From IMG/VR virus record IMGVR_UViG_3300037067_013349: DNA of 64,000 nucleotides; one strand, 5' to 3'. Source of the DNA: an uncultured virus (IMG/VR IMGVR_UViG_3300037067_013349). Its lineage: Duplodnaviria; Heunggongvirae; Uroviricota; Caudoviricetes. This document shows, one piece after another, positions 1 to 10,613 of the stretch. Made by a program: the position numbers and the translations under genes. Numbering within the stretch: position 1 is the stretch's first letter; each line of letters begins with the position of its first letter. Below the pieces are notes generated by a model, which was not told where the DNA came from, searched no databases, and worked only from the letters and a program-made list of their open reading frames with translations.

Positions 1-121
1 CACAAGAGAAGAATTATATCATCTTCTCGATTCACCAGCGCCTCTTCCGGCACTGGGATTATTCACTGACATCTCCGACGTTGTGAAACGAATCGACAAC
101 TATTGCCAACAGGTGATGTAA

Positions 122-787
122 ATGGACGCTACGCTTGCCTATGATGGATGCAATGTGACATTTTATGATTGTGATCCAAATGACGAGATACAAGGACGCC
201 TTTTAAAGGGCGAATGGTATGAACAACCGAACCTTGAATTTATTAAAAGCTTAAATGTTGAAGGCTCTTATTTGGATATTGGGGCATATATAGGGACTCA
301 CACGCTATTCTTTGCTTTATTTTGTCAAACACAATCAGTGTATGCTTACGAACCACAAACCGCAGTTTATAGGCAATTACGTAATAATATCATCGGGAAT
401 GCACTTGGCGGCAAAGTCATTTTAAAAAATTCAGCATTGTCAAACCGAAGCGGCCTTTGTAATATTGGTGCAACAAGAGAAAATCGTGGTGGTGGTAGGA
501 TTATTCCTGGTGATGACATTCAAGTAACTATTCTTGATAATGACAACCTACCCAATATCGTGCTCGCAAAAATTGACGTCGAAGGAGCAGAGCTGAAAGT
601 ATTACAAGGTGGTAAAAATACATTATCACAAGCCAGTCATATATTTATAGAGATGTGGCCAGAATATGTTTGTAAAGATTACAATGTTGAATATACTCGA
701 CCACAAATCGAATTGCTTTTAGCTGACTGGGGATTAAAATATCAACGAGAGTTATATTCTGACCTACATTGGTTTGGCAGGCAGTAA
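122..787 (+). CDS. FkbM family SAM methyltransferase
   Basis: YLDIGAYIGTHT motif I, YAYEP, KIDVEGAE motifs typical of the FkbM family. Confidence 0.9.
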   Translation: MDATLAYDGCNVTFYDCDPNDEIQGRLLKGEWYEQPNLEFIKSLNVEGSYLDIGAYIGTHTLFFALFCQTQSVYAYEPQTAVYRQLRNNIIGNALGGKVILKNSALSNRSGLCNIGATRENRGGGRIIPGDDIQVTILDNDNLPNIVLAKIDVEGAELKVLQGGKNTLSQASHIFIEMWPEYVCKDYNVEYTRPQIELLLADWGLKYQRELYSDLHWFGRQ

Positions 788-1566
788 TGGAAATCATTTT
801 TACACTTGCCTCTGGCCGTTCAGGAACTTCCTTTTTAACTGGCCTATTTGCATCTAATATAAAGAATTGTGTAGCGCTACACGAGCCATCACCATATCTC
901 AACGATTTAGCGATTGGTTGGTATGATAATGGAGAGACAGAAAAGATTGAAGAATTGTTCCAACGAACACGACGTCGAATCGATATTCTAACCGAATCAG
1001 GAGTAACAGTCTACCTAGAATCATCGCACCTATTTCTGAAGTCATATTGTGATATAGCGATAAAATATTATCCAGCTATGAAGCTGGTGTGGCTAATTCG
1101 CAACCCATTAGAAGTTGCGAAAAGTATGTTCAACAGGATTGATCCGTGTGGCGGTTTGTCTGTCGAAAATCCATACACAATCAATCCAACATTGCCTATA
1201 TTTCAAGAATTAGGCGAATTAACAGAATATCAAAAGTTCCTTGTGCAATGGATTGAAATTCAAAATAGAGCAATACAATTTAGCGAGCGGTACAATAAAA
1301 GTTATTGTGTTGTAGAAACGGCCCAATTGAACAATCCTGACGTCATCAAACGGATGCTATGTGAATTGGGAATTAATTGTGCTCAACCGATTGTCGCCGG
1401 ATATAAAAATGCAAATGCTAACAAAACAACATATGGTACAAAAGAGGTAGATGAATTCAAAGCAGTTATCAAGCGGATGAAGCCAGAATATCTCAAGATG
1501 GTCAGCACGATACGAAAACGATTTGAACCAGACGTTCCACAATGGTTGGACATATTAAAATGCTAA
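787..1566 (+). CDS. Sulfotransferase-like P-loop protein
   Basis: SGRSGTSFL 5'-PAPS loop, HEP, and LIRNPLEVAKS 3'-phosphate motif; ATG at 787 overlaps the upstream stop. Confidence 0.75.
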   Translation: MEIIFTLASGRSGTSFLTGLFASNIKNCVALHEPSPYLNDLAIGWYDNGETEKIEELFQRTRRRIDILTESGVTVYLESSHLFLKSYCDIAIKYYPAMKLVWLIRNPLEVAKSMFNRIDPCGGLSVENPYTINPTLPIFQELGELTEYQKFLVQWIEIQNRAIQFSERYNKSYCVVETAQLNNPDVIKRMLCELGINCAQPIVAGYKNANANKTTYGTKEVDEFKAVIKRMKPEYLKMVSTIRKRFEPDVPQWLDILKC

Positions 1567-2072
1567 TACCAGTTGATTATTGGACAGGACAGAAAACTTT
1601 AGAGTTGGAATATCCTTGGTTAACACCGCATGCAATAGCTCATCTAGAGTGCATAATTAAACCGCACTTCAGCATTCTAGAATTTGGATGTGGCGGTTCT
1701 ACAATGTTCTTTGCAAGAAGATGTCGCAGAGTCGTTAGCTTTGAGACAAATACAAAATGGTTCGACAATGTTAAGAAGGCATTAACGGAAAAACTGATAA
1801 CGAATGTCGACATAACCCTGGTGCAAGACAACAGCGGTGTTAGACTTGAAGAGAAGTTCGATCTGATATTAATAGATAGCGAGGGTGGGTTAAATAGAGA
1901 AGAAGCTATATCGGCATCGTTACCATTTCTGAATGATAATGGGTATGTTGTTGTCGATAACTATGGAAATTTTGATATTGAACCATTCTTCAAGGTTGGT
2001 TACGAAGCACAAGTTTTTGATGACTTACATTGGTGCGGAAATGGAACAAAGGTCTTTTCAAAATGTCAATAG
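1560..2072 (+). CDS. Class I SAM methyltransferase
   Basis: ILEFGCGGST, FDLILIDS, GYVVVDN motifs. Confidence 0.8.
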   Translation: MLIPVDYWTGQKTLELEYPWLTPHAIAHLECIIKPHFSILEFGCGGSTMFFARRCRRVVSFETNTKWFDNVKKALTEKLITNVDITLVQDNSGVRLEEKFDLILIDSEGGLNREEAISASLPFLNDNGYVVVDNYGNFDIEPFFKVGYEAQVFDDLHWCGNGTKVFSKCQ

Positions 2073-2614
2073 AAGATAATAATGCTGAATCGTGGGAATG
2101 GCATACAACTTTTGTGGGCCTTCATATGGCCCATAATTATCGATTATACTATATAATCGATAGCCTATTTAGAGATAATACATTTCACAGCATTGTTGAA
2201 ATTGGCACTGGGCATGGATCACTAACGCTTGTCTTAGGATTGTGGGGTCTCAAACTAGGTATTCCTGTAACCAGTTTAGATATTGATGGAACTCATTATA
2301 ATAAGACGTTATTTGATGCTTTAAAAATCAATTTCATTAATGAAGACGAATTCAGCGAATCTGCTAAAGAGCAAATAGTTGACGCTCTAGGACGCAAACC
2401 AGCTCTATTGATTTGCGATGGTGGCTTAAAGAGGTGGGAATTTAACATGTTTGCTCCTTTGACATCGGAAGGCTCAATAATAGGAGTGCATGATTGGGGA
2501 AATGAATGCACTTACGAAGATATCGAAGATACAGTCGCAGAATACTGTAGTATTTATCAAGAGCAGCGCTGGAATGAAATGAACGTCCAATTCGCTACTT
2601 TTATGCGGAAATAG
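2063..2614 (+). CDS. Class I SAM methyltransferase (Methyltransf_24/CmcI-like)
   Basis: IVEIGTGHGS, LICDGG, IGVHDW motifs. Confidence 0.75.
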   Translation: MSIEDNNAESWEWHTTFVGLHMAHNYRLYYIIDSLFRDNTFHSIVEIGTGHGSLTLVLGLWGLKLGIPVTSLDIDGTHYNKTLFDALKINFINEDEFSESAKEQIVDALGRKPALLICDGGLKRWEFNMFAPLTSEGSIIGVHDWGNECTYEDIEDTVAEYCSIYQEQRWNEMNVQFATFMRK

Positions 2615-2684
2615 TTCGCTGCTGTCTTTGAACCTGTCAAGACCGTATTATAAAGTGAAACTGTCTTGAATCATAGGTTAAAGC

Positions 2685-4877
2685 ATGATCGATCTCGAAT
2701 CAGTCACCGTAGAAGGCTTTGTAAGCTGGGGTCCATATAAAACAGTGTTGAAACTGGCTGATATGGAACAATGCTTTATAGTAGGTACTGTATATGATAA
2801 GTCAGGATATGGAGTCGGTCACGGTAGGTCGAATGGTGCCGGAAAAAGCTCGTTAATGCAGGCAATATTGTGGTGCATATCTGGTAAAACAGTTTATAGC
2901 CAAAACCCTGGCAACAAGATACTCAATTGGTTTTGTTCAACCGATGCGAAAGTCGGTTTGAAATTTAAGAATGGCAGTGAATTAACACGCATCAGAACAA
3001 GATCCGGTAACACAGAATTATTGTTCAGGCGCGGGTCGCAAGAGATAATTAACTGCACTCTCTCAACTACAAGCAATCAACAACGGTTATTGGACAAAGA
3101 ATTAGGATTTGACTATAACCTGTTCTGTGGATCTGTGTTCTTTTCTCAATATCGCCAACCATGGTTGGCGATGGCAGATCAGACAAGACGGCAAGCATTT
3201 GAACGCATAATGGGCATCGATCGGCTGTCGATTTATGCAGAAGTCGCGAAGGCTAAGTATGACAAAGTAGTTGGTGAACAAGAGAAACGGAGAATCAGAG
3301 TATCTGAATTAGAATCTAGTATCGCCAACTTAATTCAGCAATTAGATCTTTCCCAAAAATCATCTTCAGAATTTGAAGCGAGCAGGGAAACACGGCGACA
3401 AACCAAACTACAAGAAGCAAAAGAGTATGAAGAAAAGGCTAAGAACTGTACGTCAATTGATATTGATGCATTAACTAAAAAGTGGAATATAGTTGCCAAA
3501 ATCGACGCCAAAATTGATGAAATAAAATCACAGATTACAGAAGCCGATAACGGAATTTCGGTAGCAGAAAACGCGAAGCTGCGTGCTATAATGGAATTGA
3601 AAGAAGCAGCACAGTCTGGGCGTGACAAGCTAACAAAGTCTATCGACAAGGAAAAAGAAGAAGCCCAGTCTAAAGGTGACAAACTTGCAGAAAAGAAAGG
3701 TGAAGAAACTAAGCCTTTTGATCGGAAAATATTAGATTTACGAAGTGAGATATCTAATCAAAAGGGTGTGATTGAAACACAGAACGCAATAATCAAAAAA
3801 TGGCAAGATAAGTCTGGTAAAATATGCATTGAGTGTGAGCGAGAATTACCTGCCGATTACGCCAACAGCAAAATTGATAAGCCACAGAAAAATAAAGCGA
3901 CAGCTGAAAAGAAGATAATAGCGTTACAGCAACAAATCAGTAAAGAAGAAGCGGCTATTGCCAAGATTAATTCTGAGGTCGATAAGCTAGAAGCTAGCAC
4001 AGAGGAAGCGATTGAAGAGCTAGATAATAAAGCCCAAAGATTAACAGCTGCAATTGATATTCAGTTGGAAAAATCGATAGCCGCAGCGAAAGAGACATCT
4101 GAATCAATAAAAAGTGAGCTGCAAGCGAAAAAGAAACAATTACAGCAATTGATTGAAACCACTAAAAAGAAGCTAGAGGTCGCAAAGCCAGATATAACAG
4201 TCAATGAGGCCAAGGCAAAAAATTCACAACATAATACATTGCTGGAATCAGTACGGCGTGCTAAAGAAGAAGCTAAGAATATAGCAGCTGAAAAGAACAC
4301 ACATACCGAGTCAATCATCAGGCTTGGCCAGAATATTAAACAGAAGGAAGATCAAGTTAAGCTAGAAAATAAAGATCTGGCTACTTATGACATCATCTTA
4401 GCGCACTTGCAATACATTCAGAAGGCATATAGTGATCGTCGTAAGATTAAAAGCTATTTAATTAGTAGGCATCAGCCATACTTTAATTCTCGGTTACACC
4501 ATTATTTAGACCTATTTAACCTGGATATCAAAATCTCCTTGACCGAATCTCTTGGTATAGAAAGCAATTTGTGGGGATATGATTTTCAGTCGGGCGGCGA
4601 ACGAGGTCGAACCGACTTAGCCTTTATGTTTTCGGTATTTGATCTGCATCAGGGAATGCACGGGCCGCAGTGCAATATACTGGTTTTAGATGAGCCTGAG
4701 AAAGCTTTAGATGAGGCAGGACGCCAAATGCTTATAAGCGTCATCAAGGATGACCTAGCCACGAGATTTGAGTCGATTTTCATAATATCTCACAGTGATT
4801 GCTTTCATGATGTATTCCCTCATCAAGTCACTGTTGAAAGAACCGACAGATTCTCTCACATTACCGACATCAGGTAA
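2685..4877 (+). CDS. SbcC/Rad50/T4 gp46-like recombination ATPase
   Basis: Walker A GRSNGAGKS, long coiled coil with CxxC zinc hook (CIEC), signature QSGGE, Walker B LVLDEP, H-loop IISH. Confidence 0.93.
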   Translation: MIDLESVTVEGFVSWGPYKTVLKLADMEQCFIVGTVYDKSGYGVGHGRSNGAGKSSLMQAILWCISGKTVYSQNPGNKILNWFCSTDAKVGLKFKNGSELTRIRTRSGNTELLFRRGSQEIINCTLSTTSNQQRLLDKELGFDYNLFCGSVFFSQYRQPWLAMADQTRRQAFERIMGIDRLSIYAEVAKAKYDKVVGEQEKRRIRVSELESSIANLIQQLDLSQKSSSEFEASRETRRQTKLQEAKEYEEKAKNCTSIDIDALTKKWNIVAKIDAKIDEIKSQITEADNGISVAENAKLRAIMELKEAAQSGRDKLTKSIDKEKEEAQSKGDKLAEKKGEETKPFDRKILDLRSEISNQKGVIETQNAIIKKWQDKSGKICIECERELPADYANSKIDKPQKNKATAEKKIIALQQQISKEEAAIAKINSEVDKLEASTEEAIEELDNKAQRLTAAIDIQLEKSIAAAKETSESIKSELQAKKKQLQQLIETTKKKLEVAKPDITVNEAKAKNSQHNTLLESVRRAKEEAKNIAAEKNTHTESIIRLGQNIKQKEDQVKLENKDLATYDIILAHLQYIQKAYSDRRKIKSYLISRHQPYFNSRLHHYLDLFNLDIKISLTESLGIESNLWGYDFQSGGERGRTDLAFMFSVFDLHQGMHGPQCNILVLDEPEKALDEAGRQMLISVIKDDLATRFESIFIISHSDCFHDVFPHQVTVERTDRFSHITDIR

Positions 4878-4934
4878 TGTCTGACAAATATATTGTGTGT
4901 CGATATATGTCCATCTGCAGGTCAAAGATAAATT

Positions 4935-5465
4935 ATGAATCGCTTCGCAGATAAATTACGCTCAGCATTAAATAACGATGTAGCCGAAAGGCTACTTGTC
5001 CGTTACTTCATGATGAAGGGATTCGACAAGACTAAGCTGGACCAACAAATCTATCCGGCCATTATGCAAGATATGCAGTTTGCCATTACAGAAATGTCCG
5101 ACAAAATAGAGGTTGTCCCATATGTTAGGAATGTAGATCCACTGGGTGATACAGCTAGACTTGGGTGGAATTTATTTGTATTGGGTAATCAGAGGTGTTA
5201 TTTAGGAGAGACGTTCCACACCGGTCTTAAGCGGCTAACTCTTCAACTACAACATGGACAAATTATATCGGAAGATCGGCTAGCTACACACCAAACGACA
5301 CCAAGACGAGTAATCAACTTTGTTGCAAGAGCCTTACGGCAGCACGAAGATGGATATTTGAACTTGACTCCTCGTATAATCCCCCTGCCTTATCAACATC
5401 CAAGAGCATCTGGGCTGGGCATGGCACAACAATTTTGGAGCAAACCCGGTGGACCAAAGTGGTAA
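4935..5465 (+). CDS. Hypothetical protein
   Basis: 176-aa ORF preceded by CAAAGATA motif. Confidence 0.6.
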   Translation: MNRFADKLRSALNNDVAERLLVRYFMMKGFDKTKLDQQIYPAIMQDMQFAITEMSDKIEVVPYVRNVDPLGDTARLGWNLFVLGNQRCYLGETFHTGLKRLTLQLQHGQIISEDRLATHQTTPRRVINFVARALRQHEDGYLNLTPRIIPLPYQHPRASGLGMAQQFWSKPGGPKW

Positions 5466-6812
5466 TTAGCTAATTTCAGTAGCTATACCATGGGCTATTA
5501 GTTGCAATCCGATTGTTGCTTCACATTTTTTGATGTCTTTTGGTGTACATCCAAGGAATCTAGCCATTCGATTCTTGTGTGGGATGCCCTGATTTACTCT
5601 CGGTGTATCGGGATATTCTTGGACAAATCGTTGGTAAATTGGCCCTGTCCCATACAACAATTGGAAAACTGCCTGGCAATTACCGTCAGGCAGGCAATCC
5701 TGTACGCGTAAAATAATCTCACGCGTATCGATGGCTCTGGCACTGTCTTCAAGCATGTTATGATCCTCCAACTGTGATATAACATCGATTGAATCACCAC
5801 CGTCACTGCGGTAGCCAACAACATTATTCACAATCTGAACTTCTGAATTGATTGATGCTGGAAATTCAGCATACGGCGATTGCCCTTGCATGTCACGAAT
5901 CAAGATGTGATTAGAAACTATTGTGACCTCGCCACCAAGAGACATAAGTCGTTCTCTGATTTCCCAAAAACGAGGGTAAAAGTCAGACGGCGGCAAAAGC
6001 ATTGGGTCACATGTAATAACGTAGCAAGGATATCCAACCGGGAGTAAATCATTACATTCTGGATAACCACTATAAACATGGAATGCTTTGATATCTGATA
6101 GAAGCAAATTAATCGCATCCGCTGCTATTTTGTCAGCTGGACCAAACAACCCGATTGTTTTCTTTTTATGCTTTGTTATTGGATTTTCAAGCAATATCTG
6201 TCTGAAGTAGTTCCAGATAAACGAACCGAAATATTTCTTCAATTGATCTGGGTCATTGAGAATCCGTTCTGGGTCCTCGACCTTTGATGCTCCACTTATC
6301 GCTCTAATGCAGCTTTTAATAATCGGTGGCCGCTTATGCTCTCTCTCTAAGCGATCTACCAAGTGCAAATATTCCTCTTGCGTTAATGAATCATTTATAT
6401 TAAAGATACTATCGCACGGATCGGAAATCAAGCAGCAATTACAGACTGGGCAGAAATCAAATTGCCGGTTGAAAGGAGTGATGCGATTGCTTTGACTCAG
6501 AAAAGAAGTGCTATCGCATAATGAACATTCGAAGCTGTAATCGGTGTGATATAGTAGATGAACAAGGCCACGCCAAACTGCTATTCTAAATTCTTCTTGT
6601 GCTGCATTAATATTATCATGGTAATCTGCAGCAATTGTTGATCCTAACTGATAAATAAATTCTTGTCGATGGCCAGCAAGGACTTCATGCTCTCCGACAA
6701 TAACCATTAATTCTTCGATTCTCATCTGCTCTTCCATCGTCAGATTTTTCATTGTGACGTTGGCGAGCGATCCACGCAAAAAGACTTCCGAAAGTTGTCT
6801 TACTTTGGACAT
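5466..6812 (-). CDS. Divergent RNA polymerase sigma-factor-like protein with zinc-binding insertion
   Basis: Region-2-like AQEEFRIAVWRGL ... FGSFIWNYFRQIL interrupted by CxxC...CxxC; C-terminal region-4-like HTH (LPDGNCQAVFQLLYG...NRMARFLGCTPKDIKK). Confidence 0.55.
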   Translation of the reverse strand: MSKVRQLSEVFLRGSLANVTMKNLTMEEQMRIEELMVIVGEHEVLAGHRQEFIYQLGSTIAADYHDNINAAQEEFRIAVWRGLVHLLYHTDYSFECSLCDSTSFLSQSNRITPFNRQFDFCPVCNCCLISDPCDSIFNINDSLTQEEYLHLVDRLEREHKRPPIIKSCIRAISGASKVEDPERILNDPDQLKKYFGSFIWNYFRQILLENPITKHKKKTIGLFGPADKIAADAINLLLSDIKAFHVYSGYPECNDLLPVGYPCYVITCDPMLLPPSDFYPRFWEIRERLMSLGGEVTIVSNHILIRDMQGQSPYAEFPASINSEVQIVNNVVGYRSDGGDSIDVISQLEDHNMLEDSARAIDTREIILRVQDCLPDGNCQAVFQLLYGTGPIYQRFVQEYPDTPRVNQGIPHKNRMARFLGCTPKDIKKCEATIGLQLIAHGIATEIS

Positions 6813-6865
6813 ACAAACATTCCTTCGTGTGTATTAGAAAATCTGGAAAAAGGAAATTCAAGTCG

Positions 6866-7513
6866 ATGGCTAAATATTGTGATACACAGGTACTGGAGCG
6901 AAATTGGTTCGAGTGGCTAGTTTCTAGTAATACACCAAGCATTGAAGCTCTGCGTGTCAAGGGCGTAGTATGGACTCTCATCATAGGTATGCTACCGGAC
7001 AGTAAAATACAAGATCCTTGTCACGAAACACGACTTCACTATATCATTCCGGACAATATCAGTTTTTGCACTACTGGTGATGTTATAGATTGGTTTATGC
7101 CAGGACGCATGAGTAGAGAAGAGATTGAATCTCAGGGGTACTATCAAGAAAAACCAGCTTCGCAAAGCTGGCAGGCTATGCTTCAAGATATTGCAAAAAT
7201 TTGCAATGGCATAGCGAGTAAATTCAATCAGCCATCCGCAGAAGAAACTAACAATCTTGCAAGTGAAGCGCTTGTTCAGGTCATCAGCAAAATTGATCGC
7301 GGAAAGTTGAAATATACTCCAGGACGAGCACCAGTGTTTAATCTTTTGACTACAACAATCCATCGTTGCATATATAGCATTCTAAGTAAGGACACACGAC
7401 AGAAAAAGAACTTCATCGCCTTCGCCGACAATTTGGTGATCGAAGAAACCGGTTCCGTTCGCTCAGGCTATAGTAGAACACACCTGAGGTCTCGTGTCAA
7501 GATTGATCATTAA
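6866..7513 (+). CDS. T4 gp55-like late sigma factor
   Basis: KYCDTQVL N-terminus; KICNGIASKFN...LASEALVQVISKI...YTPGRAPVFNLLTTTIHRCIYSILSKDTRQKK resembles gp55 region 2; no region 4. Confidence 0.7.
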   Translation: MAKYCDTQVLERNWFEWLVSSNTPSIEALRVKGVVWTLIIGMLPDSKIQDPCHETRLHYIIPDNISFCTTGDVIDWFMPGRMSREEIESQGYYQEKPASQSWQAMLQDIAKICNGIASKFNQPSAEETNNLASEALVQVISKIDRGKLKYTPGRAPVFNLLTTTIHRCIYSILSKDTRQKKNFIAFADNLVIEETGSVRSGYSRTHLRSRVKIDH

Positions 7514-7538
7514 ATGGCCTGTCGGAAAATCCTAATTT

Positions 7539-8480
7539 ATGATTTCTAACTTAAGAGTACGACCGATAAATACAGGCCGACGAGAAGTTGTCTTACCACG
7601 AGCTGTGAGGCCCGCTGTCAAGCAGCAGCAATCAGTAACTAAAGTCTTGCGGGCTGCAATGCGCCCACAAGTATCTATGCCAAGGGCTATTCCACAAGTT
7701 ACCAGACAACCGCCGGTAATGGCCCGACGAGGAATAACGCCAAGGAAGCCAGTCGAAAGAGCTAGCAAACCGACTGTAAAAATTGTTACCCGTGACCCGC
7801 CCGAAGCCAGCATAAAGAAAATCCGCGAGCTGCGTAATAATTGTATTGGCCGTACGTTGGTTATAATCGGCAACGGCCCAAGTGTCTTAGAAATCGATAC
7901 AAAAAAGCTGCTTGATAATCCGTCTGTCGATATTATGTCGATCAATAAACCTGACTTGCGAGTATGGCCAACAAAATACTGGCTATTCTGTGATATCTCT
8001 CAACTAAAACGACATAATGATTTATGGTCTAAATATAATGGATGCATTTTTAATTCAACGATGATTGTCGACATGAGGCCGGGGACTATTTTCGTTAAGA
8101 ATATTCCCGGCTTCGGATTCAGTATGGATTTATCCAGAGGTTTTCATATTGGTCGATCAAGTGTATATGCTGCCATGCAAGTGGCTTTATGGCTAGGATA
8201 TGATAAGATATATATCTTCGGTATTGATATGGGAGCAGTTACCGTCGACGGCAAAGAAATGTTGCATTTCTATGGCGTGAATCAAGACTGTACTGCCGAC
8301 AATCGTAAGAAGAGATTCGCTGAAGAGGCCAAGTATTATGAAGACGCCGCTCACTCTTTACCTGCAGAGATAAGAGAGAAATTTTATTTCTGCAGTTCTT
8401 ATAACACATTCAAGTTTATTGATCATTTTAATAGGTTAGACCAGCACGAAGCTATAAAAATGATTTCTGGAAATGTGTAG
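7539..8480 (+). CDS. DUF115/MptE-like (Maf-type glycosyltransferase-like) protein with basic N-terminal extension
   Basis: IIGNGPSV, SSVYAAMQVALWLGYDKIYIFGIDM, HFY motifs. Confidence 0.75.
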   Translation: MISNLRVRPINTGRREVVLPRAVRPAVKQQQSVTKVLRAAMRPQVSMPRAIPQVTRQPPVMARRGITPRKPVERASKPTVKIVTRDPPEASIKKIRELRNNCIGRTLVIIGNGPSVLEIDTKKLLDNPSVDIMSINKPDLRVWPTKYWLFCDISQLKRHNDLWSKYNGCIFNSTMIVDMRPGTIFVKNIPGFGFSMDLSRGFHIGRSSVYAAMQVALWLGYDKIYIFGIDMGAVTVDGKEMLHFYGVNQDCTADNRKKRFAEEAKYYEDAAHSLPAEIREKFYFCSSYNTFKFIDHFNRLDQHEAIKMISGNV

Positions 8481-8487
8481 ATAAATT

Positions 8488-9120
8488 ATGCTAACATCTA
8501 CCATAACTTGCCCGTACTGTAATAATGAATTTTCAGCACCTGTATGGATTGACGGAAGCTGTGAAAAATGTGGCGGAAATTATTATTGGTCAATGGAGTT
8601 CAATGAAGAACTTACTGACGGTTGGCATGTTATAGAATGGGATCAAAGTAAGTCTATATATGTTGCTACTACGTTGTCAAATTGGAAGCGTGCAAGGGCG
8701 GTTTTAGACTTCTGTAGAAGTCTAAAAATTGATATATCATTCGATTGGACTGTATGGGGCGAAGAAATCGGAAAAGGGCCACGTGATTTAGATCCCAAAT
8801 CACTGCGCGAAAAAGCGTTACAGGAATATACAGGGGTAGCCAATGCATCTTATATATTAATAATATCACCAACCGGGCGTGGAACTAATTTTGAATATGG
8901 TGTTGCCTATCAGCGGATGATGAATGATAGTAATAAACCAGAAATAGCCATATTAGAGGAGGCCCGGTCTACCGAGCCCGTTAGTTTCCATTATCTCCCG
9001 GTTAAAAGATTCAGCTGTATGCGAAGTGCAATTACAGATATGTTAAATCATTTTGGCATCAGCATCAAAGATATAGATATTGATTTGGACGCACTTGGTT
9101 TAGGGGATCAGATATGCTAG
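8488..9120 (+). CDS. Zinc ribbon plus nucleoside 2-deoxyribosyltransferase / dNMP N-glycosidase-like domain
   Basis: N-terminal CPYC...CEKC; then IYVAT, FDWT, and GRGTNFEYGVAY (NDT GT-x-x-E-x-G-x-A catalytic Glu motif). Confidence 0.7.
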   Translation: MLTSTITCPYCNNEFSAPVWIDGSCEKCGGNYYWSMEFNEELTDGWHVIEWDQSKSIYVATTLSNWKRARAVLDFCRSLKIDISFDWTVWGEEIGKGPRDLDPKSLREKALQEYTGVANASYILIISPTGRGTNFEYGVAYQRMMNDSNKPEIAILEEARSTEPVSFHYLPVKRFSCMRSAITDMLNHFGISIKDIDIDLDALGLGDQIC

Positions 9121-9305
9121 AAAAAAACAAAATGCCATCAAAACCGGTGACGCCTGAAGGTACCAAACAGCAGAAATCATTTGCTGGGCCACACGGCGGT
9201 GGAACAGCTTATCATCAATTATCGGTCGGTACGAATTTTGCTGTCCATAATGCCATCCCAGGCCACACCCAAAAACAGAACGTCGAAATAAAGAAGCCAA
9301 AATAG

Positions 9306-9662
9306 ATGTCACTGACTCAAGAGCTATTTGAGATCAGAGGACAATTAGCTGCCGCCGCCCAAAAGGTCTATGATGATTGGAGTCCTGATGAATCGGGGCT
9401 CGATGATGAATTTGGCGGCGGCGGCATCTGTGACGCTGTTCAGCGTGCAATGGCTGATGTGATATCTTCGCAGGTAGACTGCAATCTAGAAGATGGCGGT
9501 TGGGAGGGCGATGACCATGCCAATCTTATAGCCTCAAGAGGCAGTGAAGAATGTATAGTTGATATCCCTGCACATGTTTATGAGACTGGTGGCGGTATGA
9601 ACTGGCAAAAATTGCCAGACGTGTTTATAGATGCACAAGATGTCATTATTGCCCCACTATAA
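9306..9662 (+). CDS. Hypothetical protein
   Basis: 118-aa acidic ORF (GGGICD...H...VDIP...YETGGG). Confidence 0.6.
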   Translation: MSLTQELFEIRGQLAAAAQKVYDDWSPDESGLDDEFGGGGICDAVQRAMADVISSQVDCNLEDGGWEGDDHANLIASRGSEECIVDIPAHVYETGGGMNWQKLPDVFIDAQDVIIAPL

Positions 9663-9707
9663 AATTCTGCAAGATCGTGTGATCTTTATTATACGTAATG
9701 TATTTGA

Positions 9708-10436
9708 ATGTCGACGTTACTCGACAAAACAAATAGGCATAACAAAATGTTATATTTCATAAGCCAGAAACTCGAATTAGACATTATGCAGGCTAGCGAG
9801 CTAGAGGAGGCAATGGAATTAGCTCACGTCCACAGGATGAACGCTGTAGTAGTCCATCCAGACCTGGTTGCAGATGCACTGATGCAGCGTGTTAAGCGAC
9901 AAGCAAAATACCGGATTTTGACTACAGTGGATTGGCCGAAAGGCGACAAAAGTAGTGTTGCTAAGTTTCATAGTATGTCAATTCATTCTCTGTCATGCGA
10001 CGGCTTCGAGATCGCTCTAGGCGTGAAGTCACAGGGAGAAACTAAAGCTGAGACATTGGCTATTACTGAATTTATTCGACGCCATTTGCCCGCCGTTCAT
10101 GAGATTCGATTTGTTCTGGGATGTCTATCCAGAGAACAGGAAGAAATCGAACGCCTATGTATGGCAATAAGAGAAGTCCCAGCACCGAATTTCTTACGGA
10201 CAGATATCAATCTTCGGTGTGCCCAAGCGAAAGCAAATATCGCTGCCCATGTGGCGTCACTTACTGCAATCAGAGCTTGCATAAACAGGCCCATCAAATT
10301 ATGTGGGAACATCAATTCTGCAAAAATCGTGGCTTCGTGTAAGGCCGATCGATATGGAGTAAGTCTAAAACAAGCACAAACTATAATTAAGGAACTAAAA
10401 GACAACCCAGCTAAGATAGACAAGCTCTTCAGATGA
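9708..10436 (+). CDS. DeoC (deoxyribose-phosphate aldolase)-like TIM barrel, divergent
   Basis: AVVVHP, TTVDWPKG, IKLCGNI, ADRYGVS match the DeoC pattern (AVCVxP, TVxxFPxG, xKxSGGI, AxRxGxS); the Schiff-base Lys position (FxKTST) reads FLRTDI. Confidence 0.65.
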   Translation: MSTLLDKTNRHNKMLYFISQKLELDIMQASELEEAMELAHVHRMNAVVVHPDLVADALMQRVKRQAKYRILTTVDWPKGDKSSVAKFHSMSIHSLSCDGFEIALGVKSQGETKAETLAITEFIRRHLPAVHEIRFVLGCLSREQEEIERLCMAIREVPAPNFLRTDINLRCAQAKANIAAHVASLTAIRACINRPIKLCGNINSAKIVASCKADRYGVSLKQAQTIIKELKDNPAKIDKLFR

Positions 10437-10612
10437 TAGCTAATACCGTCAAAGTTGGTATATTGGTTCGCATTTACAATCAAGAGCATATTTGGCATAA
10501 TGAAATAGGAATCATTCGCGCCATCTCACCAAGCGGTTTCTGTAGAGTTGAGCTTCTGGGAAAATTAGTATGGATGCCAGCTTCTTGGTTGATAGAGGTA
10601 GAGGAGAAGTAA
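10433..10612 (+). CDS. Small SH3/KOW-like beta-barrel protein (59 aa, not in the ORF track)
   Basis: MIANTVKVGILVRIYNQEHIWHNEIGIIRAISPSGFCRVELLGKLVWMPASWLIEVEEK; ATGA overlap with the upstream stop. Confidence 0.55.
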   Translation: MIANTVKVGILVRIYNQEHIWHNEIGIIRAISPSGFCRVELLGKLVWMPASWLIEVEEK

Positions 10613-10613
10613 A

